Shown: positions 52,901 through 64,000 of the stretch, piece after piece
How positions within the stretch are numbered: position 1 is the stretch's first letter
Layout: each line of letters opens with the position of its first letter
From: Tubiluchus corallicola
Lineage: Eukaryota; Animalia; Priapulida
Reading direction: 5' to 3'
Assembly (NCBI GenBank): GCA_030141605.1
Contig: JAQGDQ010000540.1
Span: 62,001-126,000 of the forward strand
Length of the DNA stretch: 64,000 nucleotides
Made by a program: the position numbers and the translations under genes
Notes under the pieces: generated by a model
Database searches by the model: none
Told to the model about the DNA's origin: nothing
What the model saw: only the letters and a program-made list of their open reading frames with translations

Positions 52901-55227
52901 AATGTGTCGTATTTAATGTGCTCGGTATCTGATTTTAAATATAAGCATTAGTACCTTGCAGTTTATGTGTGAATGTATTTTTATAGTTAAAACACCACAA
53001 CTTTATTAAAACTTTTAATTTACATAGTTAAAAATCATGTCAAATGTTTCGAATAGCTAAATAGGTAATGAATAAGCAGACCAGTAGAAACGAAATTAAT
53101 ACAGTGAATTATGCGCTAATTATATGCAGAAAGCCAAATAGGTAAGGATTATGCGGACTTGTAGAAAAGAAATTGATATAGTAACGTATAGTTGAGTGTT
53201 TGAAAATAAAGTTAAGGGAATTGAACTGCTTTGTACATTAAGAGAAGGCTTATTAGGCTACATTAATAGACTTTGTTTTATTAATAAATTTCAGTTATTG
53301 CTAGCTCAGTGCTGAAATTATTAAAATCAGCTTTGTGACCAGAGACACAATAATGGTCATTAATGCTGGACTGAGGAGAATTTTTTAATTTCGTGCCAGT
53401 TCTAGATGAAATACTTAAATGTTACTTACTTATACCTATATGGCCAGATATCTTGATAAGCTGTGCTTGTTTGATTATGCACAAGCACCTGGATCATTAG
53501 GTTTCAAAGATTGTCATTGATTATGGTATAAACAGTGTCCTAAGAATCAGAAGTGCGGCGATAACTTCCAGAACAGAACAGTTTACTTCCAGTGAACATT
53601 GAATGACTGAGATGACAGAGCAATGGACCAGTAAACAGGAATTATCCATATTTCATGACTGATATACGAATCGGATACATAAGCTGTCAAATCAGCAATC
53701 ACCTCACAAGATGCAAGAATTAAGAATGTAGCTATGCACAGACACTTGCCACTTTCTCACGTCGGTCAAATTAGCTCAGAAAAAGAATTTATCACGTTTG
53801 TTTTGTTTCGGAAATCTTTCATCAATGCGTGCGCACCGAAGACAGGAAGCGATAAGAGTTTTATAAAACAATCAGAGACCTGCAGAGAACCCAGCGACTA
53901 GTATATTTTCATTTTTGCAAATGCTAATTATTTTCAGACCACTCTCACTGCCGGTCTGGGACCGGGAGTCGGCGCGGGCAACGCCTCCTGTGAGATCAAG
54001 ATTCGGGCATCCAGGTGCATGGCATAAATACCACTCTCTCTCTCTCAAGATGGCCATATTCCAGGAAAAAATAAGGGGATGACGATTGAAATGAAATCTG
54101 AAAAATATCAATTGAACAGTGGAAAAGACTATTTTCTAAAAATATAAAGGGCAGTTCTGCCCGAATTTGGGCGTCAATTTTGCTCGAATTTTTTGAAACC
54201 CGAAAATTTGGGGGGCAGTTCCCCCCTGCCCTGATGCATATCAACTGTTTCCATATGTCAGAAAATGCATGTTAACATAGCTCGTGATGCTCTTTTGGCC
54301 ATTTTGATTGCTATTTATGAAAATTGGAAGTAATACTTTTTGGACAGTTACTACAGAGGTGGCATTAGTGTATTATTGTACTATGAGTGGGAAAAGAAAG
54401 CAAAGCACAGGTTTTGTTTACATAAATAATTTAGGGTAGAGAACAATCTGCAGCCTATCATCACTTTGTGAAAGAACTGCAACTAGCTGCAAAACAACAT
54501 AATTATAAGCTTTTTCTTCTTTGCAAAGTGTATAGATCTTAAAATGAATGAGCAAAACTCGCCCGACCAGGAACTCAGTCATGCAAAAATGGTCACTGGA
54601 AACTTGAAAACTTGCTAAATCATCATAAAGGCAATTTCCCGTCTACGCATTGCCGCATGATGCATATTCATGTGATAACGATCATGTTCGAATGAACACG
54701 GAAATCATCACACATTATAGATTTCGTATTACATACACATGGAAACACTTCCACTTATTTAAATATAAACTGATGTGTACGCATCACGGCTCACGCATTA
54801 TACATTACCTTAAGAGTTCTTAAATAATCCCAGTTTTCTATTCATTACTTACTATTAATGAAAGTTCTCAGGGTAATTCATCAGGAGTCAGAATTATGGA
54901 AGAAAGTTTTACGCACTTACACAATTAAGAATTTTGTTATGTTTAGGTATGAGTTAATAATATATCTGTGTAAAGTAGTCTGTGAACTAGTTAAAGCTAC
55001 TGGCATCTTAAAAACAAATTTTCTGTTGAATTCTGTCTAAAATAAATGGAATGAAGTGATGGATTTGATTTTTTTTCTTTGTGTTTTGGATTGCAAACAT
55101 AATTTGCATCTATATTAATTTTTCAAGCATTCTTTTACTTCATGCTGAGATCTGATGTGCTTCGAATTACTTTTGGTTTGTATAAAAATTGTCAAAATGA
55201 GTTGCAGCACTTTTTCCTTTTGTTTAG

Positions 55228-55839
55228 GTGACATGCGGATGCATTGCAAGCATTATAGAGGTAGCTGCTATTGTTATATAAGCCCAAGGACACTATCGGA
55301 TTCTCCCAATAGGAACTGGTTTGTGGTGTGGATTGTTCTTCATCATTGCTGGTTCTATTGGTCTTGCAACGTGCGCAAGTCCTGGAAGAAAAGGCCTGAT
55401 TATTTCTTTAATGATCTTATCCATTGTAGCTGCAGTGACTGATACCATTCTTATGATTGCTTGTGCGATATACATACCCATTTCTAACATATTCATGTCA
55501 GATTGTACAAGTTCTCAGTATTCATATGAAACTCAAGGCTTCAATTACACAACTGATTATGTGTGTCTGAGAGCAACTAGGTGGGTTTTGGCTGCATATT
55601 GTTTGCAATTGATGATTGGAGTTGCAGAGATGGTGTCTGCCATCTGGGTGTCAATTCTCTGTTGTAAGGTTCTGTGTTTTAGAAACACATATCGCCCTGT
55701 ACTTGTTTACTATGGAGCCAGTCAGCCACCACCTAGTTCTAGTCCATTGACAAGTCAAACTTTTCAGCAAGTTGGGTGTACCTCACAGCACCCAGGTATT
55801 CAAACACAACCACCTCCTTACACGCCAGTATATACATAG
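55228..55839 (+). pseudogene. MS4A/CD20-like terminal exon C, more divergent, one in-frame TAA at 55279-55281
   Basis: Acceptor tttccttttgtttag, phase 0; VTCGCIASIIEVAAIVI*AQGHYRILPIGTGLWCG...PPPYTPVYT*; otherwise open; AATAAA at 55981. Confidence 0.85.
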
Positions 55840-57185
55840 ATTTTTTTGCTTCTGAGACTTTTTAAAAGAATACAAAATGATTTCAGTGAGGGCTTGGGGT
55901 TTTCTGAAGTTACAAGAAATGCGTGCCGTGCAGCAGAAAGTGCCAGACAATACTATTATGTATTTTGATTCCAGATATTTAATAAAATAAAAACTCATAA
56001 TTTATTAAACCAGTACAGTAGTTATCAATGGCTTGATATTGCTGAATGCATAGACTGTAATAAAATAGTTACCTGGCAGTCAGTAAGGATTATACTTAAG
56101 TAAAGCCTGTAAAATAATATATTATTAAATTTATGTGATGATCTTTCTAATCTGATTAATTATGGTATAACTTGCATAATGGAGATTCTTGTATTTGGGC
56201 AAAAATTGTGAACATTAAATTTAGGTTATGGCCTTGGTAAATGTAAATCATAATCCTTATACATATCACTAAGAAGTGGGCATGTGACAATCATGATTTT
56301 AAACGTTTTCCACGTCTTAATGAGCACAAAGATGCTGGCTTTGGGATACGCTAATAGATACACTAAGTTATTCTCGGTATTATTCAAAATTGTCATATTT
56401 ACACCACAGTTGTTTATGGTACATGATAATGATTGTAATACTAATTTTGATTATGATGTTGATTTGATTTGAAAGTTGAATATGTAAATTTACATACAAT
56501 GTTGGTGGATTTGGTGTAAGTTAAGGAATATTGAGTTTTTCTGGACAATATTCATAACCACATTTTGTCTTTATTTGGGCCTATGCCCTTTTAGATTTTT
56601 TTTGTTATGAATGCAAGTTTTTGAAAAAACTCAAATGTCAAAGGCCTAATATGTTGCGTGTAGATGTTGTTTACAATTGAATGATGAAATTGGTACATCT
56701 CATCAAAACTGATTTTGTAATGATTTTATTTATCATTTGTTCTCTATTACTTTTTTGGAGTTTGTTTTAGGTTTCTATGAGAATCTAACGTTATTATTTT
56801 TGTTCGAATTAATAGTTTGTTCATATAATATGTTAATACAATTGTATTTCATTTATTTAATATACAACTGATTTTTATTGTAATGTGATAGTGATTTGAT
56901 TTCATTAGCACTAACTTGAGTATCATGTAGATAATGCTTATATCTTTTGAGAATCTCCAACTTATGTAATCATATTGTACAATATAATTATATACTATGT
57001 AGTTAATAATGTCATAATCTTAACGCTGAGTTTACTTTATTGTTTTTTCTTTTATAAAAAGTATTTTTTGCTAAATTGCTTCCAGTTTATCATTTTTGCA
57101 GGATGAACGTTGGCTTCGCATAATATACAGTAATGTCAGCAATTTATTTTGGATGTATTTATACAATTAGTAACATTTTAGAACG

Positions 57186-57187
<2 letters not shown>

Positions 57188-57266
<79 letters not shown>
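57188..57266. repeat. (TTA)n microsatellite
   Basis: Directly visible. Confidence 0.97.
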
Positions 57267-57267
<1 letters not shown>

Positions 57268-57789
57268 GTATTAATAATAAAACTCCACCTGCAAAAGTGT
57301 TAAATGAAATCATAAAATCGTTTATTGAAAAATCTGCATAGTATGGAATAACCACAAGAAATGCATTGTTGCATATTGCATGATTGCTATTACTGATAGT
57401 TAATATCACTTAATCAAGTATTGGAATGTTATTTTTTGCAATTCATGTATATTTATCATTATCCCATTTCACTCATTAATCCCTTGTTTTTATTTTTGTG
57501 ACTTCCACGTACAGTTTGACTCAAAAATTACTGTGTCAACAATGATAACTCTGAAATACTGTGTAAATCAGTTTCATATAAATAGTTTTACTGACAAACA
57601 TGTAAAATAGCTATACGTGAATGACTTAAGTATATTATGCTTATTGATTACGACTGTAATAAAACTATTAATGTGAGTGTCATGTATGCGTACCCCTGTA
57701 AATTTTGTTTGTGTAAACTTGTGAATTAAATAGTAATGTACCGTGCCAGTTCAGAAATGTGCGTAATGATTTGCTATTTCAGTCCACAC

Positions 57790-58135
57790 ATCGTATGATA
57801 GCTTTGTATATCTACTGATACCCTCCCGCATTTTCTGATATCTTCGTACATCTCTTGATAGATTTTATGTCTTTACACATCTTTTGAATATCTTTATACA
57901 TCTTCTGATGTCTTCACACATGTTTTGATAGCTCCGCACGTCTTTTGGTAGCATTACACATCTTCTGATGTCTTTACGCATCTTTTGAAAGCTTTAAATA
58001 TCTTCGATTAGCTTCATGCATGTTTTCATGTCTTCAGTATTTTCTGATAACTTAATGCATGTGATAGCTTTAGCTGTCTTCTGATAACTTTATGCATCTT
58101 TGTACATCTGATATGTTCTCACACATTTTCATGTC
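57790..58135. repeat. Degenerate minisatellite, ~20-bp period (approx. tcttctgatagctttacaca)
   Basis: Visible 10/20-bp periodicity. Confidence 0.8.
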
Positions 58136-59019
58136 TTATGTGTACTTGCTTCTGCATTCTAGCTGCTTCTCGAGGCTTCACAAGTCTTTTAAACACTTAG
58201 CTCATTTTCTGGCGTCACGTCTGGTACACACTTTTTCTCCGCCTTCTCAATAGATAAAATAACCTATTCCTTTAACGGCAAACATTTTTTGTACAATTCT
58301 GTATCATGAACGTCAAAATCCAGTACTCAGCAGCAGGTCCTGCTCAAATTGGATGGCAAAACTGGGACCTGACTGATTTATTTATCAAGACTGGCTCTAG
58401 GATGAACCATTGATCTCAGTTGCATTCGGATGTACATGTACAAGTTGCAAGTATATACAGCCTTCCTTTCCACTAGGCAAACACTAAACAGCCAGAACTT
58501 ATATGACAAATGAAACTGCCACGGTGAGGATTGAAGCGATTTATACATCCACTGATGCCTCACTGCCTTTCTTAACTTACCTTTCTTAACTACCAAGAAC
58601 AACCTCGCAACCACTGGGCCATGCAGCTCGCCTCGGGTTTGCAGCGGCTTATCAGATTCTATTGGAACTGACACGTTGGATTGGATGTTGAAGCTCCCTC
58701 CATTGGTGTTAATTTCATTAAAATCTTGCAACTTTGTGTATTATTAAATTGAGGCTGAACGATAACTAGGTGTGAGCATCAAACATTCGAATTCGATTCT
58801 ACTAAACTTATAGATTTGAATAATCAGCATAATTTAGCTGCGATTATTGGGCAAAAAAAAATTCAAACAAATTTTTAGTAACCAACCTGGACATTTTCAG
58901 ACACCAACACTGACTCCATCTATAAAATCTGAAGCTTACGAAATCAAGCTTATTGGGTAGAAGCTGCTGTAAATCCATAAAGATCCGGGAATGTGTTTGT
59001 TAAAGGCTCGTGTAATCCC

Positions 59020-59435
59020 AACAGACATTGAATGAAGTTTTTTAACGCATTATTGTGTTTATATAAAGAATTCATACTTATTAAAGAAACTAAATTAAAT
59101 AACTTACCTTTTTCTGGCAAATTTCGAATTCGTGCATTGCCGTAAAGATTGCCATGTTACGCATCTTTGGTGCGAATGAGCGAGAATGACGTACGATGTA
59201 CAGAAAGCGTCTTTGGTTGCCGAGCTTTGGTGACCTCGTGACTGTACTCCTAAAGTCATTCGTCTCGCGCAACAAAAAATGGCTGTTCTTGATTTAATAC
59301 TGCTAACAATAAAGTAATAAAAATCAAAAGAAACAAGTTTTATAGTAAGTTTATAATAAAATAAATTGAATTGTCGTAATGAGAGTAGAATTTTAAGTTG
59401 TGAAAGCTTATATTATAGTGAGAGTTTAGTTCGAC
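59020..59435 (-). repeat. Inverted copy of the 9090-9520 repeat
   Basis: Reverse-complement similarity over ~400 bp. Confidence 0.9.
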
Positions 59436-59570
59436 TTTTAGTAAAAAAAACTTATTTTTTGCTAGGGCATTTGCATCTATCAGATGGCTTAAATTGATAG
59501 ATCTTCAACGGAGGTGAAATTTTGGAACCTATAAACTAGCAAACGCATAAACAATAGACTGTAAACAATC

Positions 59571-60473
59571 ATGGTTCCAGTTAACCACCCTGTTCTGCTC
59601 CGTATGATCCGAGCATCTGTGGTTGCTGCCAACCATGCTGGCAACATCATTAAAAATGTCTTGAGAAATGGAAATCTGGCCATTGTTGAAAAGGGACATA
59701 ACGGTCCACAGACTGAAGCTGACAGATTGTCTCAATATGCCATTGTTTCTTACCTTTCTAAGAACTTTCCCAGATGTGAAATAAAAGCCGAGGAAGTTGT
59801 AGACTCCATATCTGTAAGACTGCCTGAACCGATTATCTTAAATGCTTCTGAATCTGAACTTATTAACATTGCGTGTCCAAAATACTTGCAAAACGTTACT
59901 GAAAAAAATATTGTCGTCTGGGTGGACCCTCTGGATGGCACTGCAGAACTGGTTAAAGGATCGTTAGACTGTGCGACTGTGTTAATTGGATTATCTGTAG
60001 ATGGTGTTGCAATTGCTGGCGTTATTCACCAACCATTTTACAAATCGAGCAGATCAGGCCGAACAGTTTGGGGTCTTATTGGCTATGGCGCTCATGGTAT
60101 TAAGGCAGTTAGTCCTCCCGAGGACAGAACAATAATCACTACTACTAGATTACAGGCCAGCAAAAGCGTCCAAAACGCCGTTGATGCTACTGCTGCAGAT
60201 GAGGTCTTATACACTGGTGGTTGTGGTAATAAAGTACTGATGGTTATTGAAGGTCAAGCTCACGCTTATGTGTTTGCGAGTGATGGATTAAAGAAATGGG
60301 ATACTTGCGCTCCTGAAGCTGTGCTACATTCAGTAGGTGGACGCCTCACTGATGTTCACGGTAAACAGATAACGTACCGCAATGATGAGAGTGCATTAGT
60401 CTCCAGTGGAATTCTGGCCACATACAAAAACCATTCTTGCTACTTGAGTAAAATTTCACCTATGCGAGGCTAA
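59571..60473 (+). CDS. BPNT1: 3'(2'),5'-bisphosphate nucleotidase 1-like (inositol monophosphatase superfamily), single-exon CDS, 300 aa
   Basis: IVEK..QTEADR, AEE, VWVDPLDGT, AGVIHQP, GRTVWG, GGCGNK, AYVFAS..KKWDTCAPEAVLHSVGGRLTD colinear with animal BPNT1; AATAAA at 60655. Confidence 0.93.
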   Translation: MVPVNHPVLLRMIRASVVAANHAGNIIKNVLRNGNLAIVEKGHNGPQTEADRLSQYAIVSYLSKNFPRCEIKAEEVVDSISVRLPEPIILNASESELINIACPKYLQNVTEKNIVVWVDPLDGTAELVKGSLDCATVLIGLSVDGVAIAGVIHQPFYKSSRSGRTVWGLIGYGAHGIKAVSPPEDRTIITTTRLQASKSVQNAVDATAADEVLYTGGCGNKVLMVIEGQAHAYVFASDGLKKWDTCAPEAVLHSVGGRLTDVHGKQITYRNDESALVSSGILATYKNHSCYLSKISPMRG

Positions 60474-60734
60474 GGTTGAGGTGAACAACAGAAGTTGACC
60501 TATTATCATAATTATGTCTGGCACGTGATTTATGTTAAAAATCACTTATTGAGTTTTTTTGCCATGTTTTACGGTCTTCTGGCTGCTAGGTGACCATAAA
60601 TTATATTGGTCTTTCGCCAACTGGTCTCAGTACAAATATAGTAAAATGTGTATGAATAAATATTGTATAATGTATATGAAATGAGACCAATGAACTCTAA
60701 ATCTAATATAACCTAATCCTGGTTATGAATGTAT

Positions 60735-60845
60735 ATCACTTTACCAGTGCACAAATCGTCAGTGGTACAGCTTGCCATTGGTACATTTTGCCAGTGGTAC
60801 ACTTCGCCAGCGGAATGTTTTGCCAATGCACATTTAGCCAGGGGT
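60735..60845 (+). repeat. ~16-bp tandem repeat (tttgccagtggtacac-like)
   Basis: About 7 degenerate units visible. Confidence 0.75.
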
Positions 60846-62364
60846 ATGCTTCACAAGTAAAATTTCTATGCTTTATTAGAACCTTAAAAATTTCTTTTAG
60901 CAAAACGTTTCAGTTCGCCAATGAAAATTTCTCTGTAATGTTATTATAAATCATTTAACAAAGTCTTGAAGTTTTGATTGCAATGGTGTGGCTGCATTAT
61001 TCCGGAAAGTCATTGAGAGACACTAATTAGACAGGAGTTTTTCGTACCTTTCTTTACAATGATTGTAAAACATTAACAGTAGGGTCCCTACTATTTTGTT
61101 ATTGTTGTTTGCTGAAAGACCGCTGTTTTTTATCATGTCCTGTACAATGCTCGCTCTGCAAATTGAAATAATAATAATACTGACACATCTATAAAAGCAA
61201 AAATAATTTACAAACGTGTTTTATTGTCACAGGAAGTTACACACTCCAACACTCCTAAAATTTAATCCTCAAGTCTATTGTAATAACAACTTTACTGTTT
61301 CTATAAAGTGCAGTATAAGACTCCTATGCCTTTCAAAAACCATTTGTCACGCCTAAATGCTATGTAAAAGTTGGAATTCCATCTAATTACAAGACTCTGC
61401 AGTTCCAAGCAAGTAAGCCTTGACAAGTTTTCCTTATTCCATTTCACTAATGGGTGATCCTTTGACTGCTTTTAAAGTGTGGAATGTGGTTCTTCGATTA
61501 GTAATTCTTTGCCTGTGGTATGCCTTTGACTAGTTTCCGTTTTGTAAATTAGAATTTTTGTTTGTTTTGATAGCTGTCCTCTGATTTGTCGAAGTACTTT
61601 AGCTGGTGCTAATTTTTATTACAATAATTGGTAAGTTATACGTTTATGCGTTTTTTATACATTTTACTATTAGTGGCGAAAAGACACAAAAGTAGTCGAG
61701 TGCAGCTGCTGTGCGAATAGAATATTACGTCATTGACTGGTGGTCCTCAGACTGCCCAAGTTGTTAAATATAAATGACACGCATGCTGGTCTTATTAGTA
61801 TTATTAGAATTTTACTTCAGTTCGGGTGACCACAAAAAGCAAATATTTACAAGATAAAATGAAAACTATGTTCATTAAGAACTAAAGTAATAAAAGTGTA
61901 TATAACTTCATAAAAATTAGGACTAAAGTGACTGCAGTGAAGTGACCTTTCATATAAACTTTAGCCTTAATGCAAGCCAATCAACAGCAGCAACCTGGTA
62001 ACGAACGTGTCTACAAATCATTCGCGATTTAATCTTGTTAGACTACATTATAGGTAACCGGAAATAATGGACTGACATTTCTTAGATATATAGATCCTGT
62101 CTTATTACCATTACTGATTTTTATTTCAGTCCAGGTAACCTAAAAAGCAAATATTTACAACTCTTACCTCGCAAGTAATTATACACTTTTCAGATACGAT
62201 ATTATCAATAACTGCTTCGCTTTAAATGCCAAATAACATTCAAAATGATTGATTGCTGACAAAACGTGAAACACTGATATGTGTCATATTAATGCCTACA
62301 ACAAAGGTAATAAATACACTGGCTGAGCTGAAACATTTTGTTTAAAAATGTAGTAACGCAGCAG

Positions 62365-62710
62365 AGAAATTTTGCTGGCAAATGTACTGTTGACAGACTG
62401 AATCATTTTGTTACAGGAATTAGGTGATACATGTACTATAACACAGAAATTTTACTGTCAAAATGTACTACTGGCGAGGTGTCCACTGGCAAAATGAAAT
62501 ATATTGTTAAAGGATAAGTTGGTAATAACATAGCAGAGAAATTTTACAGGCGAACTGTACACTGGCGAACTATATTAATGGCGAATTGCGCCACCAGTGA
62601 AGCGAAATTTATCACTGGAAAACCATAGTGCTCGCGAAGTGCACGACTAAGTAAATGGACCACTGGCGAACTGCACTACTAAGGCGAAATGTCAACTAGT
62701 GAAATAATAA
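62365..62710 (-). repeat. Same ~16-bp repeat family, opposite orientation (ctggcgaaatgtacca-like)
   Basis: Units such as ctggcgaactgcacta and actggcaaaatg are reverse complements of the 60.7-kb units. Confidence 0.7.
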
Positions 62711-64000
62711 GATCATTGCCAAATATTTCAGAAAAAATTTTGCCGAATTATGCGTGACATATAAAATGACTGTGTACATTGTAATTTTGTATAAAAATAA
62801 TTTAGTAATGTAAATAGAACCGCTACACATGACTCCGATCGTACTTTTAGGAAAATGGTGTCATAATGCTCGTTTAAGCTCTAACAAGAACTTCGGCCAA
62901 CAGCCAAATGGAGAAAGTTGAAGAGCAATGGTCTGTGTAGTTGACCACCACGACAAAAAATTATTGGTTCATGATATATGCCTAGTTAATTACAGTTGTT
63001 CATCCACCTATACGTTTATTTTGAAACGATGACTAATTTAAAATGGAAAGTTTTTGTCTGCCTTTGTAAGTCGATTTTATTTCTTTGAAATAATAAGCAT
63101 AAACATCAAAATTTAATTGTATATGAGTGCAACACAAACAAACCATGGTTCAACAGTAGAATTTTTTAGTTTAACAGAATTTATAAATAACCATTTTTGC
63201 AGTAGTCCATTGAAGAAGAAAAGTCTAAGGACGACACGTAAGGTAATATCTTGTCCAGACCTTCGAAGGGCTGTAATACAAAATACAAAAAATCAAATAA
63301 ATTGCTTTGTATGTTATGCTTAGTTGTGGCGAAAGCTGTTTTATTTCATACTGCACTTATTTTTCCATCACAATAATAAGTGATTAACCTTATATGTATG
63401 ACAACAAATAAACTTGATCTGGATAGAAATGGAAAGATTCTTACCCAACAATTACGTAAACAGTTTGATGTAACAATTAAGTAATTAATCAATGCTTATT
63501 AGTTATTAAGTGAACGGGGCAGAGAAAAAAGCGGCATTACGTTTATTTAAGTTTATTGCTATAAAAACATTCATACAAACAATACCGATTTTACATATAT
63601 TCGGTATTGTATTGTATAAATAATATAAATGGAAATAAAAGTTGAAATGAATGTGTTAGTAAGCATAAAAATACAGTCTAAAAAACTTTTTTACATCATT
63701 CTCATAATATAATTGTGGCTGGCCACGAAGTCATTACACGAAGCTAATTTCCCTAAAATAAATGAAAGAACATTCTAATATTAAAGGTAAAAAAATTGCA
63801 CAATAAAAGTTTTTAGCGGTATAAAAATATTAAAATATAATTTCCGTTTTCTTTTTAAAGCACAACCGCGATTTAGTTTCCTTTACATCCTATTCACATT
63901 GTTTAGAAAAATGAATTTATAGACTAGTCACTTATTCCTTATACTCATGAGGCCCACCTGCATTGTCCATCAATGCAATGTTCTACGTCAATCATTCCTT

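Noticed and set aside
58378-58731. 117-aa minus-strand ORF, in phase with the 59108 donor
   Set aside because: No recognisable domain, TTG start and weak acceptor; unsupported without RNA data.
59466-59492. Splicing of the MS4A first exon onto BPNT1 through the 59465 acceptor
   Set aside because: The phase-0 frame hits TAA after 8 codons.
57790-62710. Short periodic repeats as CRISPR-like arrays
   Set aside because: Degenerate tandem units with no unique spacers, eukaryotic context, no cas genes.

Overview
AT-rich, intron-containing animal (probably invertebrate) genomic DNA with one 100-N assembly gap (18519-18618). In order: (1) a complete 15-exon SLC6 amino-acid/neurotransmitter transporter gene, GlyT/PROT-like (3096-16323, +, ~692 aa); (2) three near-identical 4206-bp tandem copies of a nested TE block (LINE endonuclease scrap, Gypsy integrase scrap, hAT transposon), of which only the last hAT copy has both TIRs and the 8-bp TSD; (3) a decayed Gypsy LTR retrotransposon; (4) an MS4A/CD20-like four-TM locus in which one N-terminal coding exon (40179-40394) is followed by six paralogous phase-0 terminal exons (two intact, one with a single nonsense codon, three decayed), suggesting receptor diversification by alternative last exons; (5) an intronless, diverged BPNT1-like ORF. 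MITEs and mini/microsatellites are scattered throughout. All homology calls come from motif recognition by eye, not database searches.
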